This document shows positions 1 to 10,226 of a DNA stretch of 64,000 nucleotides, piece after piece (position 1 is the stretch's first letter; every line of letters begins with the position of its first letter). The translations under genes and the position numbers were made by a program. The stretch comes from Diplonema japonicum. Lineage: Eukaryota; Protista; Euglenozoa: Diplonemea. Location: positions 124,001 through 188,000 of the forward strand of contig OZ025680.1 of NCBI GenBank assembly GCA_964019335.1, given 5' to 3'. The notes under the pieces are model-generated. The model did not search any database, was not told where the DNA came from, and saw only the letters and a program-made list of their open reading frames with translations.

Positions 1-291
1 TTTCTTTTGTTGTAGGAGGGGGGGGGGGGGGGGGGGGGGGGCATTTCCTTAAAGAAAGGCACACCAATCCGAGTTCTATTTTTTTTTCCCTCTTTTTTTC
101 TTTTTTGCGTCATTCAGATAAACGCTCTAATGCCGTTTTTTTCAAAAAAAAAAAAAAAAGGCGCTAATTTTCATTTCCCCCCCCCTCTTTTTAGTCTTCT
201 TTCTTTCTAATAAAAAAAACTTTTCCATTTTTTTTTTTTTCTTCGTGTCGCCAGGTATGCATCACAAAGGAACACGCATACACACAAGAAG

Positions 292-335
292 AAGAGACAT
301 TTAAGGGTACCTGCGGTATGTGGCAGGACGCCTGA
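292..335. repeat. 44-bp direct repeat, copy 1 (copy 2 at 961-1004), containing a candidate 21-nt micro-exon
   Basis: aagagacatttaagggtacctgcggtatgtggcaggacgcctga is identical at both sites. On the minus strand it reads AG|21 nt|GTACC. Confidence 0.85.
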
Positions 336-927
336 CAAAAAAAGGTAGCATTGCTTTAAATACCCCTTTTCCTGCCTTTTCCCATTGGGAATAGGAGAAA
401 TGAAAAATAATTCTTTATGACAATATGTCTTTTGTTGTTCGCACGAGCAAAAAAGCTGCGAAAATTTTTTTGCTCGGCACAAGTTGCATATGGTTATGAA
501 ATCATTTTTTGAAAGATAAATATTTGTAACAAAAAAAAAAAAACTTTTTTTTTTCTTTCCCCCCTTTATCTCCACCATTTCTTATTTGTGCTCTCCATAT
601 GGATGCTCCCTTTTTTTTAAAAAAAAAGAAAATAAAAGAAAAAAAAAATACTCGTAAAAGCCCAGGACGCAAAGTGGCAGGGGGTAAAAATATATTATAT
701 ATAAAAAAAAAAAAAATGCTAAAGGTGATGGTACTACGGAGGTCGAGTTACTTTCTTTTTTTCTGCTCCTGTAATGCCTCAAAAAGGGAAATATTATTGG
801 TGTATATTAGGAAAAGAGGGGTATAAAAAGGAACTATATCCCCATAAGTGTAAAAGGGACATGTGTCTTTTTGTTGTTGGTGAAAAACAAAGGGGAGGGG
901 GGATAAAGCTATTTGCGTGCTGAAAAG

Positions 928-960
<33 letters not shown>

Positions 961-965
<5 letters not shown>

Positions 966-1004
966 ACATTTAAGGGTACCTGCGGTATGTGGCAGGACGC
1001 CTGA
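961..1004. repeat. 44-bp direct repeat, copy 2
   Basis: Identical to 292-335. Confidence 0.85.
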
Positions 1005-2509
1005 ATAAAAAAAATATAAAAAAAAAAGGATTCCTACCAGAGAGAGAATCAAGGCTTACTAGCCTTTTTATTGAAACGTGTAAAAAGAAGAAAGAAAGAA
1101 AAAAAAAAGAAGAAAAAAAAATTTCAACTTTTTTTTGCAGGTAGGAATACTATATCCTTTTGTGTATTTTCCCCATTCCACCCCCCCCCCCCCCCCCCCT
1201 CTCCTACTTGTCTCGTTCCATTTCCATTTTTTTTTATGCAGGTTAAAGCTTTCCGTAATAAAAGAAGGGAGAAAAAATATAAAAAAAATATCCCTTGTTT
1301 TTTTTTTTTTTTTTTTTATAGCCATACTTTCCCCCTAGTCACACTTCAACAACTCTACTCTGGGGAGGGAGGAGCGGGGATTGGGGGAAAAATGGGGGAT
1401 GGAATCACAGGGGAGAAGGGAATTAAAAGTTTAATATTAAGGTGGAAAAAAATGGGAAAGGAGGGGGGAGAAAAAAAATAAAAAATAAAAAAAAAAAGGA
1501 GGGAAAACTGAGAGAGAGGGAAAGGGGGCAATCGTGGAGCGTAATAGGTAGGGGGTAACTAGAGGGGGAAACTGGATATCAGACTTTTAATGCCTATTAG
1601 TTTAAAAAGAAAAGGGGGAAAAAAAGGGGGGGGAATTTGTGTACCGGGAAGTATTTCTTTTCTTCTTCTTCTTTGAAATCACAAATGATAAAAAGAAACA
1701 GAACCCTCGGTTTTCTTAAAAAAGTAGAACTTTTTTTTTTTTTGAGAAACCAGTCTCGGAGAAGGGTGGGGATAAAAAAAGGGAAGAGAACGAGAGAAGA
1801 AAATCGTGTGTGTGTGCGCTTTGAGGCGTGGAGCGTAAAGGATTTGTTCATTCTTTTCTTTTTCAGAACTTTTTTTTTTTTTTTTAAAACAAGCAAAAAA
1901 AAAAAAATTGCTATCGAAACGTACCTGTGGAGAAAAGGGGGGAATGTTTTCTTCCCGGGTTAAAACCCAAGTCAAAACAAATTTAAAAAAAAAAAAGAAG
2001 AATTTTTTTCCCCCTCACTTTAGTTTTTTTTTTGGCAACCCATTCAACTTATAATACATGAGTTCGCCAGTGCCCTGAAAAGGAAAAAAAAAAAAATCAT
2101 TTAGGGGGCGGGGGAGAAACTGAAACTGAAATCTAAGGGTACACGTAACTGGTTAGAAGGGAAAAAAAAGAAACAGAAAACGGAATTGCCTTTTCTATTT
2201 TTTTTCTTCTTTTTTTTGAACCTCCTAGGGAAACAGGAAGAATACAAAAGGGGGGAAAGAAAAAAAGAAAACGTGTGTTTGGGTTTGGCCGCATTTCGTG
2301 CGACCGTCTGGCTCGAACCCTCTTTTTTTTTTTTATAAACTTTTTTTCGCCCTCCCTTTGTTTAAGAGGGAGGACGGAGGAAAATAAAAAAAAGAAGGAA
2401 AAAAAAAAAAAAAAAAAAACACGTTATTTTCTGCGAAATTGCGGGAGAAAACTAAAGAAAGAAAAAGAAAAAGAAAAAGAAAAAGGGGGAAAAAAAAAAA
2501 ATGTACGTT

Positions 2510-2545
<36 letters not shown>

Positions 2546-3049
2546 TTCTCGTAGGGCTTAAAAAACACTTCTTGTTTCGTAGAAATCTTAATCTTAAAAG
2601 AGGAACTGGTCATTGTTTGTAGGTACCGGGAGTAGAAGAAACCTGTGGAGAATATCACTACCCGTACTTTTCCAAAAAATATTCCCTTTTTGTTTAGACA
2701 AGTCAAAGACTCGTTCCTGCAAAAAAGAAAAAAAAAGGGGAGAGGAGGGGAAAAGGACCATGACCCTCTTTTTTGCCATTCTGCCAGAAAGCACCTTCCC
2801 ACAGAGAGGCACCGTTAAGAGGTTGCTCCATTCACGTGAAGCCCTCAGAAGCATAATAAAAGAAGAAGGGGAAACAGGGCAAAAAAAAAAATGAGAAGGG
2901 TTTATTTGTTTTTTTTTTTTTTTCTTCTTCCGAAAAAGTTCATTTAAAACAAGGAGCAAAGAAAAAAAAAAGTAATAAATAAGAGAAAAAAAAAGGGGGG
3001 ATGGGGGAGAAGAAGGGGGCGGATAACAATAAAAAATACCAATATATAT

Positions 3050-3089
3050 GAGTTAAAGGAAGTCTTTGTGAGACGCCCCCTTGTTCTCA
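3050..3089. repeat. Short dispersed repeat (second copy 29409-29448)
   Basis: gagttaaaggaagtctttgtgagacgcccccttgttctca vs gagttaaaaggaagtctcttcgagaagccccttgttctca. Confidence 0.65.
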
Positions 3090-3382
3090 TCCTCTACCTG
3101 CATCTATCCCCCTTCAGCAGCGGCTTCTCCTTCTTCGGGTACTAATAAAGGCACTCTTTCTTTTTTTTTTTTTTAAAAAACTAAAAAGGCAACGCGATTC
3201 ATTAATCTTTTTCTTTTCTCCTTTTCTTTATTTTTATAATTGCCGTTTTTTTTTTCCTCCCCCCCTCCCCCCGTGTGTGGAATTATTTAAAAATAAAAAA
3301 ATATTTTCCCCCTTCTTTTTTTTTTTTTTTTTTTTTCAAAAACGTTGGTAAAAATAAAATAAAAATAAAAAAAAACGAATAA

Positions 3383-4994
3383 CATAGTATCCAGGGTTAA
3401 CCGATCACCCGCGGGTTTTTAATTACAATCGGGTTTTAAATTGACGTCAAATGAAAGGCGAGCATGCAACCATGCTTAAAACCCTTCGTTTCATCCCCCG
3501 GGCCCCCCAGATACACAAAGCCGACCCCAGGGAGCATCAAAATGACATAGAAAAGGATTATTTTCCCGAAAAGCTGGTGCTTCCCTGTTTCAGGCAGGAT
3601 CCTAATTGGGAGCGAAATCAAAAGTCAATAATTAAAACGGGAGGAGAGCACGCAACCATGCATATAATAACCCTTTTATTCGTCCCCCGGGCCCCCCAGA
3701 TACACAAAGCCGACCCCAGGGAGCATCAAAACGACTTAGAAAAGGATTATTTTCCCGAAAAGCTGTTTTTTCGCTTTTTTTGGCGGGTTTTCTTCTTTTT
3801 TCTGTTTAAATAGGAGCGAAATCAAAAATCAATAATTAGAACGGGAGGAGAGCATGCAACCATACTTATAACCCTTCTATTCGTCTCCCGGACCTCCCAG
3901 GTACACAACGCCTGCATCGAAACAACTTAGAAAAGGATTATTTTCCCGAAAATCGGCATTCTCCCTGTTTTTGGCGGGTTTTTAACTGGGCACGAAAGTC
4001 AATAATGAAAAACATTGAAACTTGAACGGGAAGTAGCAACGCACAAAGTAAGGGGGCGCCTTGAAAAGCTCCATGGGACACACGGAAGCGTGCCCGTTGA
4101 GGCAGGATGTTCACCCACAGAGAACTGAATGCACGCACACAGCGATGAACGCACAATTTCTTACCTCCCTGCTTGCAACCCGGCGTGCCTGAGAACGTGG
4201 TGCCTGTCAGACGAAGACAGAGCACCACCGATGTCCTGGTTCAGGTACAAGAACAACAGCTGCCTTCGTACGTCTGGTGCCCCTGGACGGTTCCGAAAGA
4301 GTTTCGACAGACACCACGGAGAAGAATCTGTCGATGGCGGGGTTTCGGGTCACAAGGTTAGTGAAAACGATGTGCTCCGGCGTATCTTCCGCAGGTACGG
4401 TTTTGGGAGGTGCGTCTTGGAGTGTAGGCTGGCTTAGCACCCTCAACTGAGCCGCTGAGTTCTTCACCTCCACCGTTTGTGAAGGGGTGCGCGCCCCCGC
4501 TTCTTTACTTCCGGGCTTGCGTTATCGGTGTCCTCCCCACCGTTCTTAGCCTTGTCAGCAGCGATCCTGCTAGCAAGTGTGCCCTTGGTGCCGTAGGAGC
4601 TTAATTTCCTCCTTTTGGCATGGGCCACCAGTTGTATAAAAAAGTACCAGTTTTTTCAAAACTGCATTTAAGGCCTTAAATAAGGCTCTATTTTGGGTTT
4701 TAATGGCTGGAATGGGCTCAGATCGTCAAAATAGGGTTTTTGAAAAAAAAAAATTTGAGCATGGTCTTGGTATTTTTTGCCAGAAATATGGGTTTTGGAT
4801 CGATCAAACCGATCCGAAATGAGAAAAAAACCGATCATAAACCGATCAGACCGATCCGAAATTAAAAAAAAACCGATCAAACCGATCCGAAATTAGAAAA
4901 AAACCGATCATTAACCCGACTGTGATCGAAAATCTAAAATTGCTCGGGTCGGGTTTCAAAACCCGAAGGTGATCGGTTAACCCTGGACACTATG
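3383..4994. mobile_element. Non-autonomous TIR DNA transposon (~1.6 kb) with 6-bp TSD GAATAA
   Basis: 27-bp TIRs CATAGT(A/G)TCCAGGGTTAACCGATCACC at 3383-3409 and 4968-4994 (1 mismatch, extendable to ~37 bp). GAATAA flanks both ends (3377-3382, 4995-5000). Subterminal AAACCGATC repeats at ~4800-4915. Confidence 0.9.
3460..4010. repeat. Internal tandem repeat of ~190-200 bp units (about 3 copies)
   Basis: Unit start gagca(t/c)gcaaccat at 3460, 3646 and 3850. All units share gaaaaggattattttcccgaaaa. Confidence 0.85.
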
Positions 4995-5028
4995 GAATAA
5001 AAAAATAAAACAAAATAAAATAAAATTC

Positions 5029-6131
5029 TTACTCAAGATCAAGTTCCAAACTGTTAAGAATCCGCTTAACATCCTCGGAGCCCTCCAGATCAGTGTTCAG
5101 GGTGTGAGGGTCGACTGGTTCCGGAGCAGCAAACGAAGAAGAAAGATCTACCCTGGAGAGCATCGGCCCGAACGAGTGGCAAGAATCATGAGGGGAGTCA
5201 GTGTAGGTGAGCCATGAGGAGGCCTCATGCGAAGAATTCGTATCAGAGCCCGAACGGTCTTCGTCATCAAGAGTGCTCACGGAAAGCGACCCATGAGTAT
5301 CAGCCTTCCCCAAGGGCACGCCGAGGACAGCGCTGTTCCGGCTGTTGCTCCAACCACTGTGCGAAGAGCATCTTGTTTTCAAAGCTTTTGACTTGAGATA
5401 CTTCTCCCTTGAGATGTGGAGCTGCTGGCAGCGTGTCCCACCGCTGCACATTCCTCTGTTTGAGAACTGAGTGCACAGCAGTACAGGCTTTCCGTTCCTC
5501 TTCCTGTACACCTCCTTGGCGTAGCCCGGTTCGATCTCGCTGTACTTGAAGGAGAGCACGTCGTGCCTGTTGTCGCTCATGTCCATCGCAAGCACTTCCG
5601 ACACGTACGCCTTCTTGTCTGCGTGGTACAGGTTCCTCAGCGTCTCGATCATCACGTAATCGCCATGGATCTGCAGGCACTTCTCCCTCATGTTGCACTT
5701 CTGTTGTTGGAATTTCATGCAAATCTGCGCCCGACGACCTGTTCTGTTGTTCACGTGCGTCTCAAGACCTTTTTTTTTTTCTTTTTTTTTTTTTTTTTCC
5801 CCTGTTATATATATACCGCTTGTCTTCTCCAGCATATGGATCGGAAGGTAGTAAATGCGCTCGTTCCACGGATCGCAGCACTGCACTACTGTGCCTTGCT
5901 CAGAAGGGTTGTAGTGCAGGGAGATCGCTTGGTGGTTGCCTGTAAGGGAAGTTTTGTTGTGTTGGCCATGGTACCTTTCGTGTCCACAAATGTTGCGAAA
6001 TCCTGGCCCACAGGTGTTTGCCTGTGGACCCTGTGTCCGTGGTGCTGCTGCTGGTAGCCACCTTGGTGCCCACCATGGTGGTGGTGGTGTCCCATCCCCA
6101 TGTGGTTGTTGTGGTTGCTGTTGTGGTACAT
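5029..6131 (-). CDS. CCCH zinc-finger RNA-binding protein (3 coding exons)
   Basis: Introns 5940-5974 (35 nt) and 5769-5816 (48 nt) join the two ORFs in frame. Two CCCH fingers (CMKFQQQKCNMREKCLQIH, CTQFSNRGMCSGGTRCQQLH). His/Gln-rich N-terminus. Probable 5'UTR intron at 6132-6172. Confidence 0.85.
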
Positions 6132-6266
6132 CTGTGGGATATTTTTTGTTTTTTTTTTGTTTTTTAACATACCTTTGCTTTGCTGCGAGTTGCTTTTTTT
6201 TTTTTTTTCTTTTTAAAGGGGGAAAAGAGAAAGTCTAAAAAGAAATCGTTAAAAAAAAAGAAAAAA

Positions 6267-6267
<1 letters not shown>

Positions 6268-6302
<35 letters not shown>
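6268..6302. repeat. (TG)n microsatellite
   Basis: Direct reading. Confidence 0.9.
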
Positions 6303-6304
<2 letters not shown>

Positions 6305-6400
6305 GAGTGTCCTGTAGGCAGGGGCTGGTAAAATCAGAAGGAGAATAAAAGAAAGAAAAAAAAATGAGTAACAGTGTTTTTTCCACCCCTCCCCCCCGCC

Positions 6401-7351
6401 TCACTTTTTCACCACCTTCTTTGCGACGATTGTTTTTTTTACGATTTTCTGCTTTTTCTTAGGGGGCTGCGACACGGCCTCCCGTCGTGGTGCGGGCGTA
6501 TCACTATCGCTGTCGGAAAACGAAGCTTTGCTTTTGGGCTTTTCGGGGATCGGAGCAAGGGCGACCTCCCCACCACCGGTTGTCTCACTATCGCTGTCGG
6601 AAAACGAAGCCTTGCTTTTGGGCTTTTCGGGGATCGGAGAAACATTCTGCTCCTCGTCCTTGCCTTTAACAACGGGCTTGTTCTTCAGACGCTCGTAAGC
6701 AAGCTGTGCCTCACGATTTGTTTTTTCTTGGGCTTGTTTGGGGCTGACGGCAAGAACACCATATTTGGATTCCTTGTTGCGGATAACGGTGGTGAGGTGA
6801 AGATTTGTTTCGCGCAGCACGGTGGTAGCCTTGGGGAAGGGAAGCCCGCCAAGCGTCAGGAGATTGGCCATGTCAGGTGGTCGGCGGAGCTGGTAGGCCG
6901 ACGACGCCGAAGATGAAATTAACAAATTCTTCCCATTTGTGTATTTCACAAACTGTTTTAACATGTCAATAAAAGCCTGTCTTGTGTAACGTGATGACAC
7001 GGCTGGTGCGAGGAGGACCTCGAACACCTTGTTGGTTGTTAAACCTTTTTTAATGCTCCGCTCAGATGCCGCATTAACCCTCCCTTCAAAGGTCTCCCCT
7101 ATCGTCACTATGTCGATTTCACCGTGTTCGCAGGCTGCTCGGAGCTCGTCTCCATTTCTAACAGCGCAGCTTCTCAAGCTGTAATTTGTATTGCTTGTTT
7201 GCCCGCTTGCAATCTCATCCAAATTCTCATAGTGCCTTCTGGTATATGATTTGTTCTTTCCCTTCTCTCTGTTCACAATTACATAATCTGCCCACCCCAT
7301 CTCTTTGCATTCCTTTCCTGCTTCTTCGGTCTTTATAAACCATTCGATCAT
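6401..7351 (-). CDS. RPP30: RNase P/MRP subunit p30-like protein
   Basis: Motifs RAACEHGEIDIVTI, FEVLLAPAV and TNGKNLLISSSASSAYQLRRPPDMANL. Lys-rich tail with a duplicated PIPEKPKSKASFSDSDS segment. Confidence 0.75.
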   Translation of the reverse strand: MIEWFIKTEEAGKECKEMGWADYVIVNREKGKNKSYTRRHYENLDEIASGQTSNTNYSLRSCAVRNGDELRAACEHGEIDIVTIGETFEGRVNAASERSIKKGLTTNKVFEVLLAPAVSSRYTRQAFIDMLKQFVKYTNGKNLLISSSASSAYQLRRPPDMANLLTLGGLPFPKATTVLRETNLHLTTVIRNKESKYGVLAVSPKQAQEKTNREAQLAYERLKNKPVVKGKDEEQNVSPIPEKPKSKASFSDSDSETTGGGEVALAPIPEKPKSKASFSDSDSDTPAPRREAVSQPPKKKQKIVKKTIVAKKVVKK

Positions 7352-7783
7352 TTTTTTTTTTTAATTACTCTCTCGCTTTCTTTCTGGTTGTTGATTGAAA
7401 TAGAAATGATATACAAAAATAAAATAAAATAAAAAAAAAATAAAAGAATCTGAAAATAAAAAAGGGGGGGTTTTTTTTTTCTTTTTTTTTCTTTCAATTT
7501 TTTTTTGATCTCAAGAAAAAAGATTTCTTGTTCCCCCCCCCTTTTTTTTGGTACGGTGCTCTAAGGTTCAATAAAGAATCGCTTTTTTTTTTTTCATTCA
7601 AAAATAAAAAACTTTGCGAAAAAAAAAGAAGGGGTACAAAAAAAAAAAGAATAAGAAGAAGGGAGGGGGGAAAAAAAAAGTGGTATGTTCCTTTTTTTTC
7701 TCCCCCCTCCTTCCGTTCTTCCTTTCTCCTCTTATTTTTTTTTTTCGTTGGAGGGGGGTGGGATGGGAAGAAAATCTAATTCT

Positions 7784-8824
7784 CTACTCGTACCTAGGTT
7801 GTTTTTTCGACTGTGCCATCTGCAGCGTCCAAGGAGCAACGTCCCGTAGCTGATCGTCGTCTTCAGGTTGGCTGACATAGTTGTTCCCCTGTCCCTGTCG
7901 CCCAGGGGCATTGAGGGTGATGGTGATGGGGGGTGTACAGTACTTCCTTGCAAGCATGAGCATCATGTCCTCTTCGTGCCCAGCAAACTCCCGCAGAATG
8001 GTGTCCACCTCAGGCACCTTTACCGGGTTGTGAATACTGTAAAACTGCAGCAACTGCTGCCTGTACCGTTCTTGCTTGTCAGCATGTGTGGCACCTACAG
8101 ATGTCTGGTGCTTTACCTGCTGCCCTCCATAGTTACCAGCAAGCTGGGCAACTGTAGCAGGTGAAGCAGCAGCAGGTGTTGTGGATTCGGGTTGTGCGCC
8201 TCCTGAACCTGTTTTCCCTCCAGCCAAAGCGGGCCCTACAGATGTCTTTCCTCCTGTTATCTTCTTTGCGGTGTTCGATGAGTATTGCTGGGAAGGGAGC
8301 TTCCCTGTGTTGCGGAGGTGAACTGCTTGCAGTTCTTTGTTACGTTCCAACGCGAGTTCGAAGTCGTGTGCAAGATGGTGGAGCTCTTCCTCACTTTGCT
8401 TGAGATGGTCCTTCAGCTGTTTTATGTAACTGTCTTGTTCCAGAGAGGACTGTTTTGAACGCAGGTTTTCAACCTGTGCTTGTGCCAGCTGGTTGCACAG
8501 GTTCGCCAGCGTTTCCTTCAGGGAGTTGACCTCCTCTTGGAACCGCGTGATCTCCTGCTTGTAGGCTTCCTTTTGGGTTTCCAACTCTTTTTTTTTAAGG
8601 CGTTCGAATTCCACGTTGTCCTTGATCTCCTCGAAATCTATGGCAACCTCGAACACGTTGTCGCAGTGTGGACATGACGTGGCGGTGAACGTAGGGGCAG
8701 GCTGTAGTCTCAGCTCCAGAGCATCTTGAGTCATTGGTAGCCCTTCTGTGTCCACCGCCGAGAGCGTGCCGCCTGTCGGCTGGCTTAACGGGGGACCACT
8801 ACTGAACCCCCCAACATCAGTCAT
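7784..8824 (-). CDS. Coiled-coil protein with CxxC and a C-terminal 'FY..HNP.K...VD.IL..F.G.E...L..KY' motif
   Basis: 346-aa ORF with heptad-rich middle and a recurrent protist C-terminal motif. Confidence 0.75.
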   Translation of the reverse strand: MTDVGGFSSGPPLSQPTGGTLSAVDTEGLPMTQDALELRLQPAPTFTATSCPHCDNVFEVAIDFEEIKDNVEFERLKKKELETQKEAYKQEITRFQEEVNSLKETLANLCNQLAQAQVENLRSKQSSLEQDSYIKQLKDHLKQSEEELHHLAHDFELALERNKELQAVHLRNTGKLPSQQYSSNTAKKITGGKTSVGPALAGGKTGSGGAQPESTTPAAASPATVAQLAGNYGGQQVKHQTSVGATHADKQERYRQQLLQFYSIHNPVKVPEVDTILREFAGHEEDMMLMLARKYCTPPITITLNAPGRQGQGNNYVSQPEDDDQLRDVAPWTLQMAQSKKQPRYE

Positions 8825-9122
8825 TTTCCTTCTCGCAAACCCTTTTGCCTTTTTTTTTTCCCACCTGTTGAAAAATATAGAGGAGAAGAAAGTATTTAAA
8901 AAAAAAAAAAATAGAGGGAGGTTGTGTGTGTGTTTTCTCCCGTGTGAAACTTTTCACTGGAAAAAAAAAGTTTTTTTTTTTCCCCTCATTCAAAAATTGC
9001 AATCCCTTTCGTTTTTTTTTTTTTTTTTTTTTTTCTTTCTTTTTTTTTCCCCCCTGCTGGTTGGTCCATCTCGGGAGACGACGGAGAACAACAACAAAGG
9101 GAAGAGAAAACCACCAAAAGAC

Positions 9123-9153
<31 letters not shown>

Positions 9154-9178
9154 CCCCTCAACAAAAAAATAATTGTGG

Positions 9179-9218
<40 letters not shown>

Positions 9219-9311
9219 GGAGAATAATACCAAATAATTGCGACGGAGTGGCAAATTTGCGGCTCTCAAAAAAGATTCATGACGGAGAACAGGGAACGAA
9301 CATTGGAAAAA

Positions 9312-10055
9312 GGGGAAAACACTGTTCACGGTAAGCAAATAACTTTTTTCCACCGTTTCCTTAAACCTAATTTTTTTTTTCCACCAAGTACGGTAACTAC
9401 AACTTTTTTTCCACCGTTACTGTAACCACCAAGTTTTTCCTTTATGCAACTACACACTTTTTCCCCACCAAACACGGTAACCTGTATCATTTTTATGCCT
9501 GATTAGGGTTTGGGAAAGAATTTTTGAGGAGTGACTGGGACTGAACCCAACCAGTTGAGAAATGCAGGTTGCAGCATTATGCCCAACCTTTCTCTAGTTG
9601 CTGCACATGTTTTTTTTCTCCCTCTCACTCCGCTTCCTCTTCGCCGGCCTGCCTATTTGTGACTTTGTCATGATTGGTGGCCCGAGGTCATCCTTCACGT
9701 TTTCACAGGCAGCTGGGGGTGGGCACAAAAAGAATCCAAAATTTCAAAAAACTAAAAATGAGAACAATGGGAGAGTGGAAAAAAAGTTCTGGGTTACCGT
9801 GGATGGTGGAAAAAAAAGTTATGGGTTACCGTACTTGGTGGAAAAAAAGTTCCAACATACATGGTTTAGTGGAAATAAGTTTAGGTTACCGTGGACAGTG
9901 GAAACTTTATTTAAAAAAACCGTTTTGGTGTAAAAAAAAATTATGATTACCGTACTTGGTGGAAAAAAAGTTCCAAGTTACCGTGAATAGAGGTAAAAAT
10001 TCTGCTTACAGTACTTGGTGGAAAAAAGTTATTTACCGTGAACGGTGTTTTTCTC
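9312..10055. mobile_element. Mutator/foldback-like MITE with long repetitive TIRs
   Basis: Ends GGGGAAAACACTGTTCACGGTAA and TTACCGTGAACGGTGTTTTTCTC. Internal TTTTTTCCACC / GGTGGAAAAAA sub-repeats in mirror orientation. 9-bp TSD ttggaaaaa / ttggaaaca (1 mismatch). Confidence 0.8.
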
Positions 10056-10111
10056 TTGGAAACAAAAAAAAAAAGAAAAAAAAAGGAACACACACAAGAA
10101 AAATTAAGAAA

Positions 10112-10149
<38 letters not shown>

Positions 10150-10158
10150 AAAAAAATC

Positions 10159-10190
<32 letters not shown>

Positions 10191-10226
10191 AACATAGTCA
10201 AATTTTCTTTTTATATTCTGCGGCAA

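Noticed and set aside
3460-4010. CRISPR-like array (also 4800-4915 and 9340-10030)
   Set aside because: No repeat/unique-spacer periodicity. The repeats are internal to TIR elements in a eukaryotic genome.
5884-5890. Stop-codon readthrough, frameshifting or a non-standard genetic code at split ORFs (also 18661, 53185, 55754, 59929)
   Set aside because: Each break is explained by a short canonical GT-AG intron that restores frame and conserved motifs.
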